46,259 nucleotides of DNA from Candidatus Nomurabacteria bacterium (GTDB lineage: Bacteria > Patescibacteriota > Minisyncoccia > Phycocordibacterales > UBA9973). The notes beneath the pieces were generated by a model. The model saw only the letters and a program-made list of their open reading frames with translations. It was not told the origin of the DNA and made no database searches. Made by a program: the position numbers and the translations under genes. Numbering within the stretch: position 1 is the stretch's first letter; every line of letters starts with the position of its first letter. Of the stretch, positions 19,221-29,018 are shown in pieces. The DNA is taken from the NCBI GenBank assembly GCA_903862255.1, contig CAIOXK010000024.1, positions 1 through 46,259 of the forward strand, given 5' to 3'.

Positions 19221-19463
19221 ATGAAAAAAATCATTTTAACTATCGTAACTCCGTTAATACTAATTGTTCTGTCTATGGCACCTATTACATTAATCATTTG
19301 TACAGTACCGCAAGAAGTATTAACCGAGCAACCTCCTATTTTGCAGATTATCGCGATTGCGGTTATCCTAATCGGATCAATTGCATGGATATTTACAGTA
19401 TTCGGATGGTACCTTGGAAAATTCAGCCATTCGAAAATCGGGAGAGGACTTACGATTGCCTAA
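19221..19463 (+). CDS. Small 2-TM hypothetical protein
   Basis: MKKIILTIV... 80 aa with two hydrophobic helices; followed by a hairpin and T-run. Confidence 0.65.
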   Translation: MKKIILTIVTPLILIVLSMAPITLIICTVPQEVLTEQPPILQIIAIAVILIGSIAWIFTVFGWYLGKFSHSKIGRGLTIA

Positions 19464-19478
19464 CTAAAATCGAAATTG

Positions 19479-19511
19479 AAAGTGTATAACATTACGTTGT
19501 ACACTTTTTTT
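19479..19511. terminator. Intrinsic terminator
   Basis: AAAGTGTATAAC-attac-GTTGTACACTTTTTTT between convergent genes. Confidence 0.75.
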
Positions 19512-19512
19512 G

Positions 19513-20724
19513 TTAACTGGTTTTTGGTGGATGATAGCGAGCTAAGAATTCTTTTTTGTAGGTATGAAAGGTATCATCCAAAATACTTTCACGGATTTTT
19601 TCTACGAGGCGCAAAATGAAGTGTAAGTTATGGATTGATGCCAATGTTGCTGCTGTCATTTCATCAGCACGAAAAAGGTGCGCAAGGTAAGCACGAGTAT
19701 GATGCAGACAAGTGTAACACTGACAACTTGCTTCTATCGGTGTGAAATCTGTAGTAAAGCGAGAGTTTTTAATATTTAACCGTCCATCTGCTGTATGTAA
19801 CGAACCATGACGAGCCATACGAGTTGGTGCGATACAGTCAAATAAATCACAACCAGCTTCTACTGCGTTAAAAAGATCGAGTGGTTCACCGATACCAAGT
19901 AAGTGACGCGGCTTATCTTCTGGTAACAATGCATTCACCCACCCTACTGCAGTACCAATATCATCTTTGGTAAATGACCCACCAATACCAAAACCGTCGA
20001 AACCATCACTGTCCTGTGCTAATGCACCAAGTGATCGCGCTGCTTCTTCACGAAGATCTTGAAAACGTCCACCTTGAATAACTGCAAACAAACTTTGTTC
20101 TTTATTCTGATCGAGTTCGTTATGGCGAGCCAAACTGCGCTTGGCCCAATCATATGTTCGTGCCAAAGATTTCTTTTGATATTCATATGGAGCTGTTGGA
20201 CTAGTGCATTCATCGAATGCAAAAATCATATCGGCACCGAGTTTCCACTGTGCTTCCATTGAAGACTCCGGAGTAAATAAATGTTTACTGCCATCTAAAT
20301 GTGACTTGAACATCACCCCTTCATCTGTTACTTTTGCTAACTGTCCACTTACTGCGGAAATATCAGACACCCCCACATCTGACGTGGCAACTTTACTTAC
20401 TGAATTACCAAATGCAGCACCGAGAGAAAAAGCCTGGAAACCACCTGAATCCGTCATTGTTGGACCATGCCAGTCCATAAACTTACCGAAGCCACCGGCC
20501 TGATCCACGATATCTGCACCTGGTTGTAGATATAAATGATATGTATTTGCCAGCACAACCTGAGCATTCAAACTTCTGATCTGCTCTGCTGTCATAGACT
20601 TCACCGTAGCCTTTGTACCCACCACAACAAAAGCCGGTGTCTTAATAACGCCGTTCTTTGTTTCAATTTCTCCAGCGCGTGCCATCGTACCATCGAGTTT
20701 TTTATGTATAGAAAATTTAAGCAT
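19513..20724 (-). CDS. tgt: Queuine tRNA-ribosyltransferase
   Basis: LANTYHL, TDSGGFQ, FDEC, QGG, RHLLGIG, DLFDC and the Zn site CQCYTC...HN. Confidence 0.96.
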   Translation of the reverse strand: MLKFSIHKKLDGTMARAGEIETKNGVIKTPAFVVVGTKATVKSMTAEQIRSLNAQVVLANTYHLYLQPGADIVDQAGGFGKFMDWHGPTMTDSGGFQAFSLGAAFGNSVSKVATSDVGVSDISAVSGQLAKVTDEGVMFKSHLDGSKHLFTPESSMEAQWKLGADMIFAFDECTSPTAPYEYQKKSLARTYDWAKRSLARHNELDQNKEQSLFAVIQGGRFQDLREEAARSLGALAQDSDGFDGFGIGGSFTKDDIGTAVGWVNALLPEDKPRHLLGIGEPLDLFNAVEAGCDLFDCIAPTRMARHGSLHTADGRLNIKNSRFTTDFTPIEASCQCYTCLHHTRAYLAHLFRADEMTAATLASIHNLHFILRLVEKIRESILDDTFHTYKKEFLARYHPPKTS

Positions 20725-20825
20725 AAATGTTTGTATGTTGTTTATAACACAAATATTGAAATTCGAATATCTTAAGCTACGAAAATAAACAGCCTGAACA
20801 CATCAATGTCCAGGCTATTTTTTGT

Positions 20826-21206
20826 TTACAGTGCAGTTTTTACACTTTTGTAATATTCACGGAGTGAGGAGAACTTTCCATCTCTAGTTCCAAAGATCGC
20901 AACTTCATCGAGGTCAATATGCAGACTGCGTGGTACATCAATAAAGGTAGCATTCCATTCAGCAATTACAGTATCACCATCCTTCCAAACTTTTTTAAGA
21001 TTGAATTTAATATCATCCTGCTCACCAATAACTTTGGTTTCCCAGTACTTTCTAATTTCTTCAATCCCGTTATTTTTTGGCTCTTTAGGGTCATCATATG
21101 TTGCATCATCAGTAAAGATGGTAACGATGAGATCTGGGTCTTTGGTTTCCCATGCTTTGCCGTAAATCTAAATAAGCTTTATTGCTTCGTCTTTAGTCAT
21201 ATTCAT
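20826..21206 (-). pseudogene. SnoaL/NTF2-like protein interrupted by in-frame TAG at codon 13
   Basis: Manual translation: MNMTKDEAIKLI*IYGKAWETKDPDLIVTIFTDDATYDDPKEPKNNGIEEIRKYW...DGDTVIAEW...DGKFSSLREYY. TAG at 21168-21170; upstream TTGACT-17-TAAGGT promoter; hairpin near 20790-20822. Confidence 0.8.
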
Positions 21207-21282
21207 AATGTATCATAGTTTTGCGTACCTTACATCGCGCAATGATGTAAGTCAATAGAAAAAGCCTTGCCCTACAAGACTT

Positions 21283-22050
21283 TTACTTCACCACTACAAA
21301 CTTCAATGCCTGCAAATTTACTGGAACCTTCGCAAGGAGTCTCTGAAAAGGGTCACGTGGATCGGTAATAATTTTTTCTACAATTGCCATTGAGGCTACG
21401 TTTACTGATTGCAAAGAAACAACAGCACCGACTGAAAAAGGTACATCACGAGGAAGTTGTACTTCATATTCCCCACCGCCACGACCGATAAGTGTCACTG
21501 CCACACCACTATCAACTGCTGTACCGGAAGTCTGACGACCTGCCGCACTATAAAGCGCGATTGTTGCAGTATTAGTTGTTACGTCACTAATAGTTCCCAG
21601 TGCAACACTATTGAATGCATAAGCAACTGAACCTACCTTAATACCCTCTGCACTACCAGCGTCAATAAGTACAGTATCGTAAAAACTACGATTCGGTAAT
21701 GTCATAACATGGGCAAGAATACCCTTACGATCAATATTCCTGCCGAGCTCAGCTTTGAGTTCATTATTCTCATTTTGCAATTGTTGCAATGTAGTGATTT
21801 CTGCGTCATATGCTGTGAGAGTACTTTCTTGTTCGGTAACTTTTTTGATCAAAGCGCTTTTTGAAAGAAGATGGTCTGCCACAATGCCACCATATACTGA
21901 AGGAGTCTGACCTACGATTTTTTTGACTGTCATACTAGCAATAGTAATTACAAGTACAACACTAGCAATAGCAATACCTATACGAAGCCATGGATGCAAT
22001 GTATGAAGTGGTCGTATTGTATGTGGTTTTGGTGGACTATAGCGAGGCAT
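21283..22050 (-). CDS. mreC: Rod shape-determining protein MreC
   Basis: N-terminal TM, coiled coil LQNENNELKAELG, YDTVLIDAGSAEGIKVG; overlaps the end of mreB. Confidence 0.88.
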   Translation of the reverse strand: MPRYSPPKPHTIRPLHTLHPWLRIGIAIASVVLVITIASMTVKKIVGQTPSVYGGIVADHLLSKSALIKKVTEQESTLTAYDAEITTLQQLQNENNELKAELGRNIDRKGILAHVMTLPNRSFYDTVLIDAGSAEGIKVGSVAYAFNSVALGTISDVTTNTATIALYSAAGRQTSGTAVDSGVAVTLIGRGGGEYEVQLPRDVPFSVGAVVSLQSVNVASMAIVEKIITDPRDPFQRLLAKVPVNLQALKFVVVK

Positions 22051-23080
22051 GGTCTTCTATTGATAGGAGTGTGATTTTATAATTATCGAACTGTTCCAAA
22101 ATAATACCAGTACCACGAGCTACTGCAGATAACGGATCTTCTGCAATATGTACTGGCAATTTTAATTCTTGCTGCAACAACAATGCCAGCCCACGCAAAT
22201 TTGCACCACCACCACTTAATACAACTCCTGACCGCAAAATATCAGAAACCATTTCTGGCGGAGCTGTTTCTAACACTTCTCGAATACCAGCAACAAGTAG
22301 CGCCACTGTCCGCGCAAATGCTTCACGAACATCACCGTCAGTAATCATAAGTGCTTTTGGTAAACCAGATACAAGATCGCGGCCACGCACTTCTGTTTCC
22401 ATATATTCTGTTTCCATAGCAGAGCCAAGTTCGAGCTTTACATTTTCTGCAGTACGTTCACCAACTAATAATTTGAATTCATCACGAAGGTAATCAATGA
22501 CACGAGCATCGAAGTGATCTCCGGCTACACGCAGATTTAATGAGCGGACAATACCACCCAAAGCAATCAGTGCAATGTCAGTTGTTCCTCCACCAATATC
22601 AACGATAAATGAAGCGCTTGAAGAAAGTACTGGCAATCGAATACCGATCGCTGCGGCCATCGCTTCTTCTACTAGATGTACTTCACGAGCACCTGCATCA
22701 ATACCGGCATCGTATACAGCTCGCAGTTCTACATTGGTAATGCCAGAAGGTACACCAATTACTAATCGCGGGCGGAAAAATTTCTTTGAAAGTTTTTCTA
22801 CCTTACGAATGAAGTACGCGAGCATTTCTTCTGCCATTTCAAAATCAGAAACAACGCCTTCAGATAATGGTCGGATAATTTTAATATGTTCCGGAGTCTT
22901 GCCCCACATTTCTTTTGCCTCACGCCCAATAGCAACAATCTGTCCAGTTTTTTGGTTTACAGCAACAATAGACGGCTCATTGATAACAATGCCGTGACCT
23001 TTCACATATACAAGAGTATTGGCAGTACCAAGGTCGATACCAATATCATTTGAAAAACGCTGGTAGAAATTTTTGAACAT
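22037..23080 (-). CDS. mreB: Rod shape-determining protein MreB
   Basis: GIDLGTANT, INEPSIVA, VDIGGGTTD, LSGGGANL. Confidence 0.96.
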   Translation of the reverse strand: MFKNFYQRFSNDIGIDLGTANTLVYVKGHGIVINEPSIVAVNQKTGQIVAIGREAKEMWGKTPEHIKIIRPLSEGVVSDFEMAEEMLAYFIRKVEKLSKKFFRPRLVIGVPSGITNVELRAVYDAGIDAGAREVHLVEEAMAAAIGIRLPVLSSSASFIVDIGGGTTDIALIALGGIVRSLNLRVAGDHFDARVIDYLRDEFKLLVGERTAENVKLELGSAMETEYMETEVRGRDLVSGLPKALMITDGDVREAFARTVALLVAGIREVLETAPPEMVSDILRSGVVLSGGGANLRGLALLLQQELKLPVHIAEDPLSAVARGTGIILEQFDNYKITLLSIEDHASL

Positions 23081-23082
23081 AA

Positions 23083-24345
23083 TTATGCAGTGAGCATTTG
23101 TATTAGCTCTTCAAAAGAAACAATCTTTGCCTCGCTTGAATTACGTTTTTTATATTCAACAAATTTTCCATCTTTTAAACTTCGAGCAGAAACCACAACT
23201 CTATGAGGAATACCAATTAAATCACTGTCAGCAAATTTTTCTCCTGCCATCACGTTTATACGATCATCCCAAAGTACCTCGATGCCTTTCGAAGTAAGTT
23301 CGATATATAGATTTTTTGCCTCTTCAAAACTCATACTAGTAATATCGTCCCCAAGAGGTAATAGATGAACCTTAAAAGGAGCAATACTTTCTGGCCATAC
23401 AATTCCCTTTTCATCAGATAATACTTCAACAACAGTCCCCATCAAACGAGTAATACCAATACCGTACGAGCCCATGAATACAGGCACTTCCGTACCCTCA
23501 GTAGTTTTGTATGTTAGTTGAAATGGTTCTGAGAATTTAAATCCAAGTGAAAAAATATTTCCTACTTCAATAGCTTTTTTTTCAACCAATGAGTCGCGGT
23601 TGATTTCGAGTTCCGCAAGTACATCATCAGTCAAAACCTCTTTATTAATAGCAATTCCTTTTGCTTCATCAATATAAATAAGATCTTCGCCTGCATCTGA
23701 AACAGTTTGAAATTCGTGAGAGTATTTTGAAAATGTTCCACCTGATGCGAATGTCATATAAGTATAGTCACCGAGACCTACACGTTTATACACATTTGAA
23801 TAAGCAGTTTTTGCTTTTTCATAAAAAGTATCATGCTGCTCTTGATCAGCAGAAAATGAATATAACGCCTTCCAATAGAACTCACGTCCCCGCATGATTC
23901 CAGATTTACTGCGAGTTTCATTACGAAAAATAGTTTTGAAGTCGTAGGGATACTGAGGAAGATCTTTATACGAACTTATGAAATTTTTCATAATGCTTGA
24001 ATAAGCTTCTTCATTAGTAAATGACAAACCAACCTCTGTACCATTTTTAAGCGTAGTTTTGAACCAGTTGTCGACAATATCATCACTCCAACGATTTGTT
24101 TTCTCCCATACTTCCTTACTCTGAATTGCAGAAGTTTTCATCTGAATACCACCAATAGTATTCATTTCTTCTTTTACAATGCCAATAATTTTTTCCATTA
24201 CACGATATCCTAGTGGCAATATCGAATATACTCCTGCCATTTCCTTGTGAATATAACCTGCACGAATAAGCAGCTGGGCATTCTTCGATACCTCATCTGA
24301 TGGGTTGTCCTTACTGGTTTTGGTGAAAAGCTGTGTTTGTCTCAT
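23083..24345 (-). CDS. proS: Proline--tRNA ligase (short, no editing insertion)
   Basis: LLIRAGYI, FRNETRSKSGIMRGREF, SHEF, IEVGNIF, MGSYGIGITR, anticodon-binding domain GEKFADSDLIGIP. Confidence 0.93.
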   Translation of the reverse strand: MRQTQLFTKTSKDNPSDEVSKNAQLLIRAGYIHKEMAGVYSILPLGYRVMEKIIGIVKEEMNTIGGIQMKTSAIQSKEVWEKTNRWSDDIVDNWFKTTLKNGTEVGLSFTNEEAYSSIMKNFISSYKDLPQYPYDFKTIFRNETRSKSGIMRGREFYWKALYSFSADQEQHDTFYEKAKTAYSNVYKRVGLGDYTYMTFASGGTFSKYSHEFQTVSDAGEDLIYIDEAKGIAINKEVLTDDVLAELEINRDSLVEKKAIEVGNIFSLGFKFSEPFQLTYKTTEGTEVPVFMGSYGIGITRLMGTVVEVLSDEKGIVWPESIAPFKVHLLPLGDDITSMSFEEAKNLYIELTSKGIEVLWDDRINVMAGEKFADSDLIGIPHRVVVSARSLKDGKFVEYKKRNSSEAKIVSFEELIQMLTA

Positions 24346-24379
24346 AAATCACCTACATAATCGCACAAAATGGCAAATA

Positions 24380-24412
24380 AAAAAAGCCTTTGAATTATTC
24401 ATTCAAAGGCTT
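24380..24412 (-). terminator. Intrinsic terminator
   Basis: AAAAAAGCCTTTGAAT-tattc-ATTCAAAGGCTT downstream of the 24431 ORF. Confidence 0.75.
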
Positions 24413-24430
24413 ACTAATTCTTAGTTCAAC

Positions 24431-24655
24431 TTATTTTCTTTCGATTTTTATAATAAACAACTTCTCATTTCGTTGTTGTTGAGAATTCGCTAATAAGCAA
24501 ACTAGTATTAGTGCAGACATTAAAACAACCATCTGCTTTATGTACTGATACCATTTATCTCGTTCACTGCTAAAAAGTGTGAAGAAAAAATGGAATACTA
24601 TTAACACGGTAAAAGTATGTATACATATAACGAAAACATCAATAGTTTCTATCAT
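24431..24655 (-). CDS. Small 2-TM hypothetical protein
   Basis: MIETIDVFVICIH... 74 aa; own TTGACT-17-TATTCT promoter near 24701-24729 (inside the longer ORF-track call) and own terminator. Confidence 0.55.
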   Translation of the reverse strand: MIETIDVFVICIHTFTVLIVFHFFFTLFSSERDKWYQYIKQMVVLMSALILVCLLANSQQQRNEKLFIIKIERK

Positions 24656-24739
24656 TTTATTTAGTTTTAAAGAGTTTATAGTTGATTTATTTCTGACTTC
24701 AGAATAGCACACTTTGATCAAAAAGTCAATGATCTCCCC

Positions 24740-24768
24740 TTGCCAAATAAGGTTATAAATGCTATGTT
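24740..24768 (+). promoter_or_regulatory. Sigma70-like promoter for rpsB-tsf
   Basis: TTGCCA-17 nt (ending TGc)-TATGTT. Confidence 0.5.
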
Positions 24769-24888
24769 TATGGCTCATCACCGCCTTCGTTTTTAGGAAC
24801 TTCGGCGCGTTAAAAGATGAAATTATTCAGTAAACCTACTAAGAAAAAGTAGGCCCTTATTAACGTAAGGGTAAGGTTCTTACTGTTA

Positions 24889-24915
24889 TCCCACTTCGCT
24901 AAAGCTACGCGGGAC
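24889..24915 (+). repeat. REP-like element (CTTCGCTAAAGCTACG family)
   Basis: TCCCACTTCGCTAAAGCTACGCGGGAC; 26/27 identical to the inverted copy at 44945-44971. Confidence 0.85.
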
Positions 24916-24944
24916 GACAGATAAAGAATCTGTCGCAGATTGTT

Positions 24945-25616
24945 ATGAAAACTATTGACCCTAAAGTCCTCATGGAGGCAGGTGTCCATTATGGATACTC
25001 ACGTACTCGCCGTCACCCTACTGTTACTAAGTTCATTTACGGAACAAAAGATAAGGTAGACATTATTGACCTCGAAAAAACTGTTCCTCAAATGGAGGCT
25101 GCAGTTAACTTCTTAAAAGGACTTGCTGCATCTGGCAAGACAGTGCTATTCGTTGGTGTTAAACCAGAATCACGTGGCGCAGTACAAGAAGTTGCCGCTC
25201 TATTAAAACAGCCATATGTTACAGAACGTTGGATTGGCGGTATGCTCACAAACTTTACTGAAATCAAGCGCCGTATCAACAAACTTGAAGATATGCGTGA
25301 AAAGACAGCTTCTGGCGAACTTGCTAAGTTCACAAAAAAAGAACAGCTCCTTATGAGTCGCGAAATCGAACGTTTGAACAAATACTTTAGTGGTTTGGTT
25401 GGAGTAACTAAACTCCCTGACGCATTGGTTATTATTGACTCAAAGAAAGAACATATCGCTGTTGCAGAAGCTCGTAAGAGTAATATTCCAATGATCACTA
25501 TCGGTAATACTGACTGTTCTATTCGCGCTATTGAATACCCTATCATTGCTAATGACAGTTCTGCTTCATCAATTAATGCAATTCTTGGTATACTTAAAGA
25601 CGCATTTCAGCAATAA
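24945..25616 (+). CDS. rpsB: 30S ribosomal protein S2
   Basis: LMEAGVHYG, IIDLEKT, RWIGGMLTNF, LPDAL, PIIAND. Confidence 0.97.
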   Translation: MKTIDPKVLMEAGVHYGYSRTRRHPTVTKFIYGTKDKVDIIDLEKTVPQMEAAVNFLKGLAASGKTVLFVGVKPESRGAVQEVAALLKQPYVTERWIGGMLTNFTEIKRRINKLEDMREKTASGELAKFTKKEQLLMSREIERLNKYFSGLVGVTKLPDALVIIDSKKEHIAVAEARKSNIPMITIGNTDCSIRAIEYPIIANDSSASSINAILGILKDAFQQ

Positions 25617-25654
25617 TTATTAAAGTAATTCGCGAGAGCGAAATCAAATAACAT

Positions 25655-26440
25655 ATGATCACTACAGAACAAGTAAAAGAACTTCGTGATAAGACAGGTG
25701 TTTCAGTAATGCAATGTCGCAAGGCGCTTGAAGAAGCAAATGGCGATATGGAAAAAGCTATTGTTATCTTGCAAAAAAAAGGTGGTGAAGCTGCTCAGAA
25801 AAAAGCTGACCGTTCAGCTGCTGACGGTATCGTAGTGATGCGTACTGATGGCAAGCGCGCTCTTACTTTAATATTGAACTGCGAAACAGACTTCGTTGCT
25901 CACAATGATGACTTCATACACCTTGCTAACACTCTTGCTGATATGGTTTGGAAAGATGGCGTACAAAGTATGCAGGATAACTCAGCTACATTGATCAGTG
26001 ACCTTGTATTAAAGATCGGTGAAAATATTCACATTGGTGGTGTTGAAGAGCTTGATGGTGATGTTGTAAATGGATACACTCACTTCGACCACAAATCAGC
26101 TGCTGTGGTAACACTTCAGGGTGGTACTCCAGAAGTTGCAAAGGATATCGCTATGCATGTTGCCGCAATGAAACCTTCATTTTTGAATAAGGATGAAATT
26201 TCAGAAGAAAATCGCGCAACAGTTAAATCAGTAATGGAAGCAGAAGTTGCCGCACAAAGTGAAGGCAAGCCTCAGGAAATCAAAGACAAAATGCTTGAAG
26301 GTAAAATCAACGGCTTCTTTGCTGAGCAAACATTGCTCAACCAATCATTCTTCAAAGCTCCTGAAAAGACGATTGAACAGTACGCAAAAGAAAACGGCGC
26401 TACAGTTCAGAAGTTCGTATTGTATACTGTAGGAGCATAA
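25655..26440 (+). CDS. tsf: Elongation factor Ts
   Basis: VKELRDKTGVSVMQCRKAL, NCETDFVA, IAMHVAA; follows rpsB. Confidence 0.97.
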   Translation: MITTEQVKELRDKTGVSVMQCRKALEEANGDMEKAIVILQKKGGEAAQKKADRSAADGIVVMRTDGKRALTLILNCETDFVAHNDDFIHLANTLADMVWKDGVQSMQDNSATLISDLVLKIGENIHIGGVEELDGDVVNGYTHFDHKSAAVVTLQGGTPEVAKDIAMHVAAMKPSFLNKDEISEENRATVKSVMEAEVAAQSEGKPQEIKDKMLEGKINGFFAEQTLLNQSFFKAPEKTIEQYAKENGATVQKFVLYTVGA

Positions 26441-26907
26441 TGATCCTGACACTTGTTATTATTCTTATCGTGCTCATCGTAGCGCTTTGGATAAGCGCCA
26501 TGCTGCTTTGGTGGCGCAGTGAACAAGTTGTACCAATTAAACCCATCAAATCTGATGACGTTGTCAATGTATGGAATAAAGCCACTCGTTTGATGCGACG
26601 TAGTTGGTATAGCGGTGTACGCTACAGCAAACAAGGAGCACTCTGGGGGAATAAGAAAGCACGCAACGCATTCATTACCCTCTTCCCTAAATCTAAGCCA
26701 GCATTTATTGAAAAAGATATGCTGACAGGACTTGAACACGGACCTTCATCATATTTCCTAGCCAATCTTTCCCCCGCCTCCGGTAAACCTACGGCGCGGC
26801 GAAGCAAACCTGCTGCAAGAGCCGTAGCTATGAAAATCCCTGCTGGACGAAAAAAGGTGGTAGAAATCGATAGTATTTCCAACGATCTGCAGGATTTGTC
26901 AGATTAA
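26440..26907 (+). CDS. Membrane-anchored basic hypothetical protein
   Basis: TAATG overlap with the tsf stop; N-terminal TM; Lys/Arg-rich. Confidence 0.7.
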   Translation: MILTLVIILIVLIVALWISAMLLWWRSEQVVPIKPIKSDDVVNVWNKATRLMRRSWYSGVRYSKQGALWGNKKARNAFITLFPKSKPAFIEKDMLTGLEHGPSSYFLANLSPASGKPTARRSKPAARAVAMKIPAGRKKVVEIDSISNDLQDLSD

Positions 26908-26950
26908 AAAAAGTTTGGTATCCTAGTGTACTCCTTACTAGGAACCATAT

Positions 26951-27026
26951 GCCGGATTAGCTCAGTTGGTAGAGCAACGCTTTTGTAAAGCGAAGGTCGT
27001 CAGTTCAAGTCTGACATCCGGCTCCA
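26951..27026 (+). tRNA. tRNA-Thr(UGU)
   Basis: Acceptor GCCGGAT/ATCCGGC, D-arm GCTCAGTTGGTAGAGC, anticodon loop TTTGTAA, T-arm GTCAG-TTCAAGT-CTGAC, encoded CCA. Confidence 0.96.
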
Positions 27027-27062
27027 AAATAAAAATACCCCATCTCAACGAAGTGTAAATAT

Positions 27063-27095
27063 AAAAAGGGTCTCAACGTTTGTTGAGACCCTTTT
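27063..27095. terminator. Bidirectional terminator
   Basis: AAAAAGGGTCTCAAC-gttt-GTTGAGACCCTTTT. Confidence 0.85.
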
Positions 27096-27101
27096 GGGTT
27101 T

Positions 27102-27584
27102 TTATAGTCTACCCATAAACGACCACAGGATAATCACCGGTATTTCCCAAAAGAACCAGAACTGCCACCAACTGCGCGTTCTCCATTGACTAGAATTAGG
27201 ATCATATGGAATCTGATATTTTCTTTTTTCATATTCCGGAATACCTAGCTTAAAGGCGATGGAGCGCACTAACCACAACAGTGCTGGGTGGCCGACATAC
27301 GTAATGTACCTAAAACCTTTTTCTTGTACTAATCCTGCAGCCCTACATAAGACATCGAACGTATCCAGGTCTTTGCCTTTTGTAGTCATAACATAAAGTG
27401 GCAATCCTTCAATCTGATTGAAAAATTTTTCCTGAATGATTTCATATAATTCCCACTGGACGATACCGGCACATTGTTCAACATGCATTTCTTCAGCGAC
27501 ATTTTTAGCAATGTAGTAATTTGATATGCCATGGTTTTCGCCAGCACCAAAACATAATCCAATAAAGACTAATTTGTTATCCAT
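27102..27584 (-). CDS. Hypothetical protein, possibly YdcF/ElyC/SanA-like
   Basis: SNYYIA, IVQWE, DTFDVL, VGHP and YDPNSSQWRTRS followed by an aromatic C-terminal helix; family guess is from motif recall. Confidence 0.5.
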   Translation of the reverse strand: MDNKLVFIGLCFGAGENHGISNYYIAKNVAEEMHVEQCAGIVQWELYEIIQEKFFNQIEGLPLYVMTTKGKDLDTFDVLCRAAGLVQEKGFRYITYVGHPALLWLVRSIAFKLGIPEYEKRKYQIPYDPNSSQWRTRSWWQFWFFWEIPVIILWSFMGRL

Positions 27585-27789
27585 AATTATGAGTATTTTT
27601 CTTTACAATACTATTTTTCTATCATAAGTCAACTCTTATTTCCCTATTGGTTTCTAAGCGCTACTAAGTAAGACCATAATATAAGTCTCTTTGAGGCTGT
27701 AGTCGTATTTACGAGCTCTGACAAGGACTTCCATAATATACCACTAACTACTGATTACTAGCCCAGAAAAGAGCTTTTAGCTGACCATG

Positions 27790-29001
27790 TTATCTATCTA
27801 CACTTACTGGAGCCTTGTTGAAATGTGAATTGAAATCATAAAAAAATTTACTATCAGTATCGTGTAAAGCATTCACTACCAATCCAACTGTCACCATAAA
27901 CCCTATTATGAAAAACAGTCCGAAGAATAACAACTGAGGGAGTTTAAAATATTCTAATATATAAACAATGCCAAAGGCACTGAGCATTGCAATGTACGGC
28001 AAAAATACCAACACGTAACGCGCTTCTTTGTGCACCTGATACGTAAAATATCCACCCACAAGTACTATTGCTGTAATTAATATAAACAAACCCTTTGTAC
28101 GCCATTCTTTTTTCCACAGTAGACCAATAGGCAGCAATGCCAGTACAAATATGGGGTCAGCTTTTAATACTGTTATGAAGTAAAACAAAGGACCGTTTTG
28201 ATACAAAATCGGATAGAGTTTAACCACTGCAACACCTTGAATAAATGGCAAAAATGCATTGTGATAAAAATAATAATTACATACTAAATATGGAACAGTA
28301 ATGAGAAAGAATCCACCACCAATGCTAAACATTCTTTCAATAGCAGTTACCACTCGCTCACCTAACTTCTGCTTACTTTTACCATACTTAAAAAGAGTTG
28401 GTTCATAAAAAAATTTGATTGCCACAGCGATCATACCAACTACAAGCAGAAGACCTTGTGGGAAGTGAAACATAAATCCTAATGCAATAACACTACCAGC
28501 AATAAAATACTGATGATTCGCTTTTGCTCGATAAATAAGAAATAACGAGAGTACTGCAAAAAATGTTGAAATAATGTCAGTAATTGGCAATGCACTATTA
28601 CTAAAAAATACCCCTGTTGCAGCCAGAATAGTTGAAGCAATAATGCCTGTTCGCGGGCGAATTTCTTCTGAGAAAAAATGCACTAATACTAGCAGTGCCA
28701 TACTAACAATTACAGCAGTAACTTCACCTGCTGCATATGGATTAATACCAATTTTCCAAAAGGATCCAAGAATGATTGGCAGACCAATTGGACGCGCTAT
28801 TTCCCACATACCAACAGTGCCGTGAGAAAATAAAAACTTACCTATTTCTATATATGCTATTCCGCCTCCCAATGGAGTTGCATTATGCTCAATAGTAGCA
28901 ATACGAATGGCAACAAAAATGATGACTAGCGCAATTAGTTTCCAATATGGCAGTATGCATTTTTTGAAAAAATTTTGAGCGTATTTGCACCATTCATTCA
29001 T
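27790..29001 (-). CDS. GT-C fold membrane glycosyltransferase (ArnT/PMT-like)
   Basis: YIEIGK...WEIARPIGLP, TDIIS, FMFHFPQG, HKEARYVLVFLPY; many TMs. Confidence 0.8.
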   Translation of the reverse strand: MNEWCKYAQNFFKKCILPYWKLIALVIIFVAIRIATIEHNATPLGGGIAYIEIGKFLFSHGTVGMWEIARPIGLPIILGSFWKIGINPYAAGEVTAVIVSMALLVLVHFFSEEIRPRTGIIASTILAATGVFFSNSALPITDIISTFFAVLSLFLIYRAKANHQYFIAGSVIALGFMFHFPQGLLLVVGMIAVAIKFFYEPTLFKYGKSKQKLGERVVTAIERMFSIGGGFFLITVPYLVCNYYFYHNAFLPFIQGVAVVKLYPILYQNGPLFYFITVLKADPIFVLALLPIGLLWKKEWRTKGLFILITAIVLVGGYFTYQVHKEARYVLVFLPYIAMLSAFGIVYILEYFKLPQLLFFGLFFIIGFMVTVGLVVNALHDTDSKFFYDFNSHFNKAPVSVDR

Positions 29002-29018
29002 AAAATTTTGTATTCATT

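Noticed and set aside
21168..21170. Genome-wide stop-codon reassignment
   Set aside because: TAG ends leuS, mreB, dnaG and rpoD at expected positions, and long conserved genes are uninterrupted in code 11.
20919..21218. Plus-strand 99-aa ORF
   Set aside because: Antisense to the SnoaL-like pseudogene, which explains the region.
26951..27026. Prophage or island integrated at tRNA-Thr
   Set aside because: No integrase and no duplicated tRNA 3' end found in the window.
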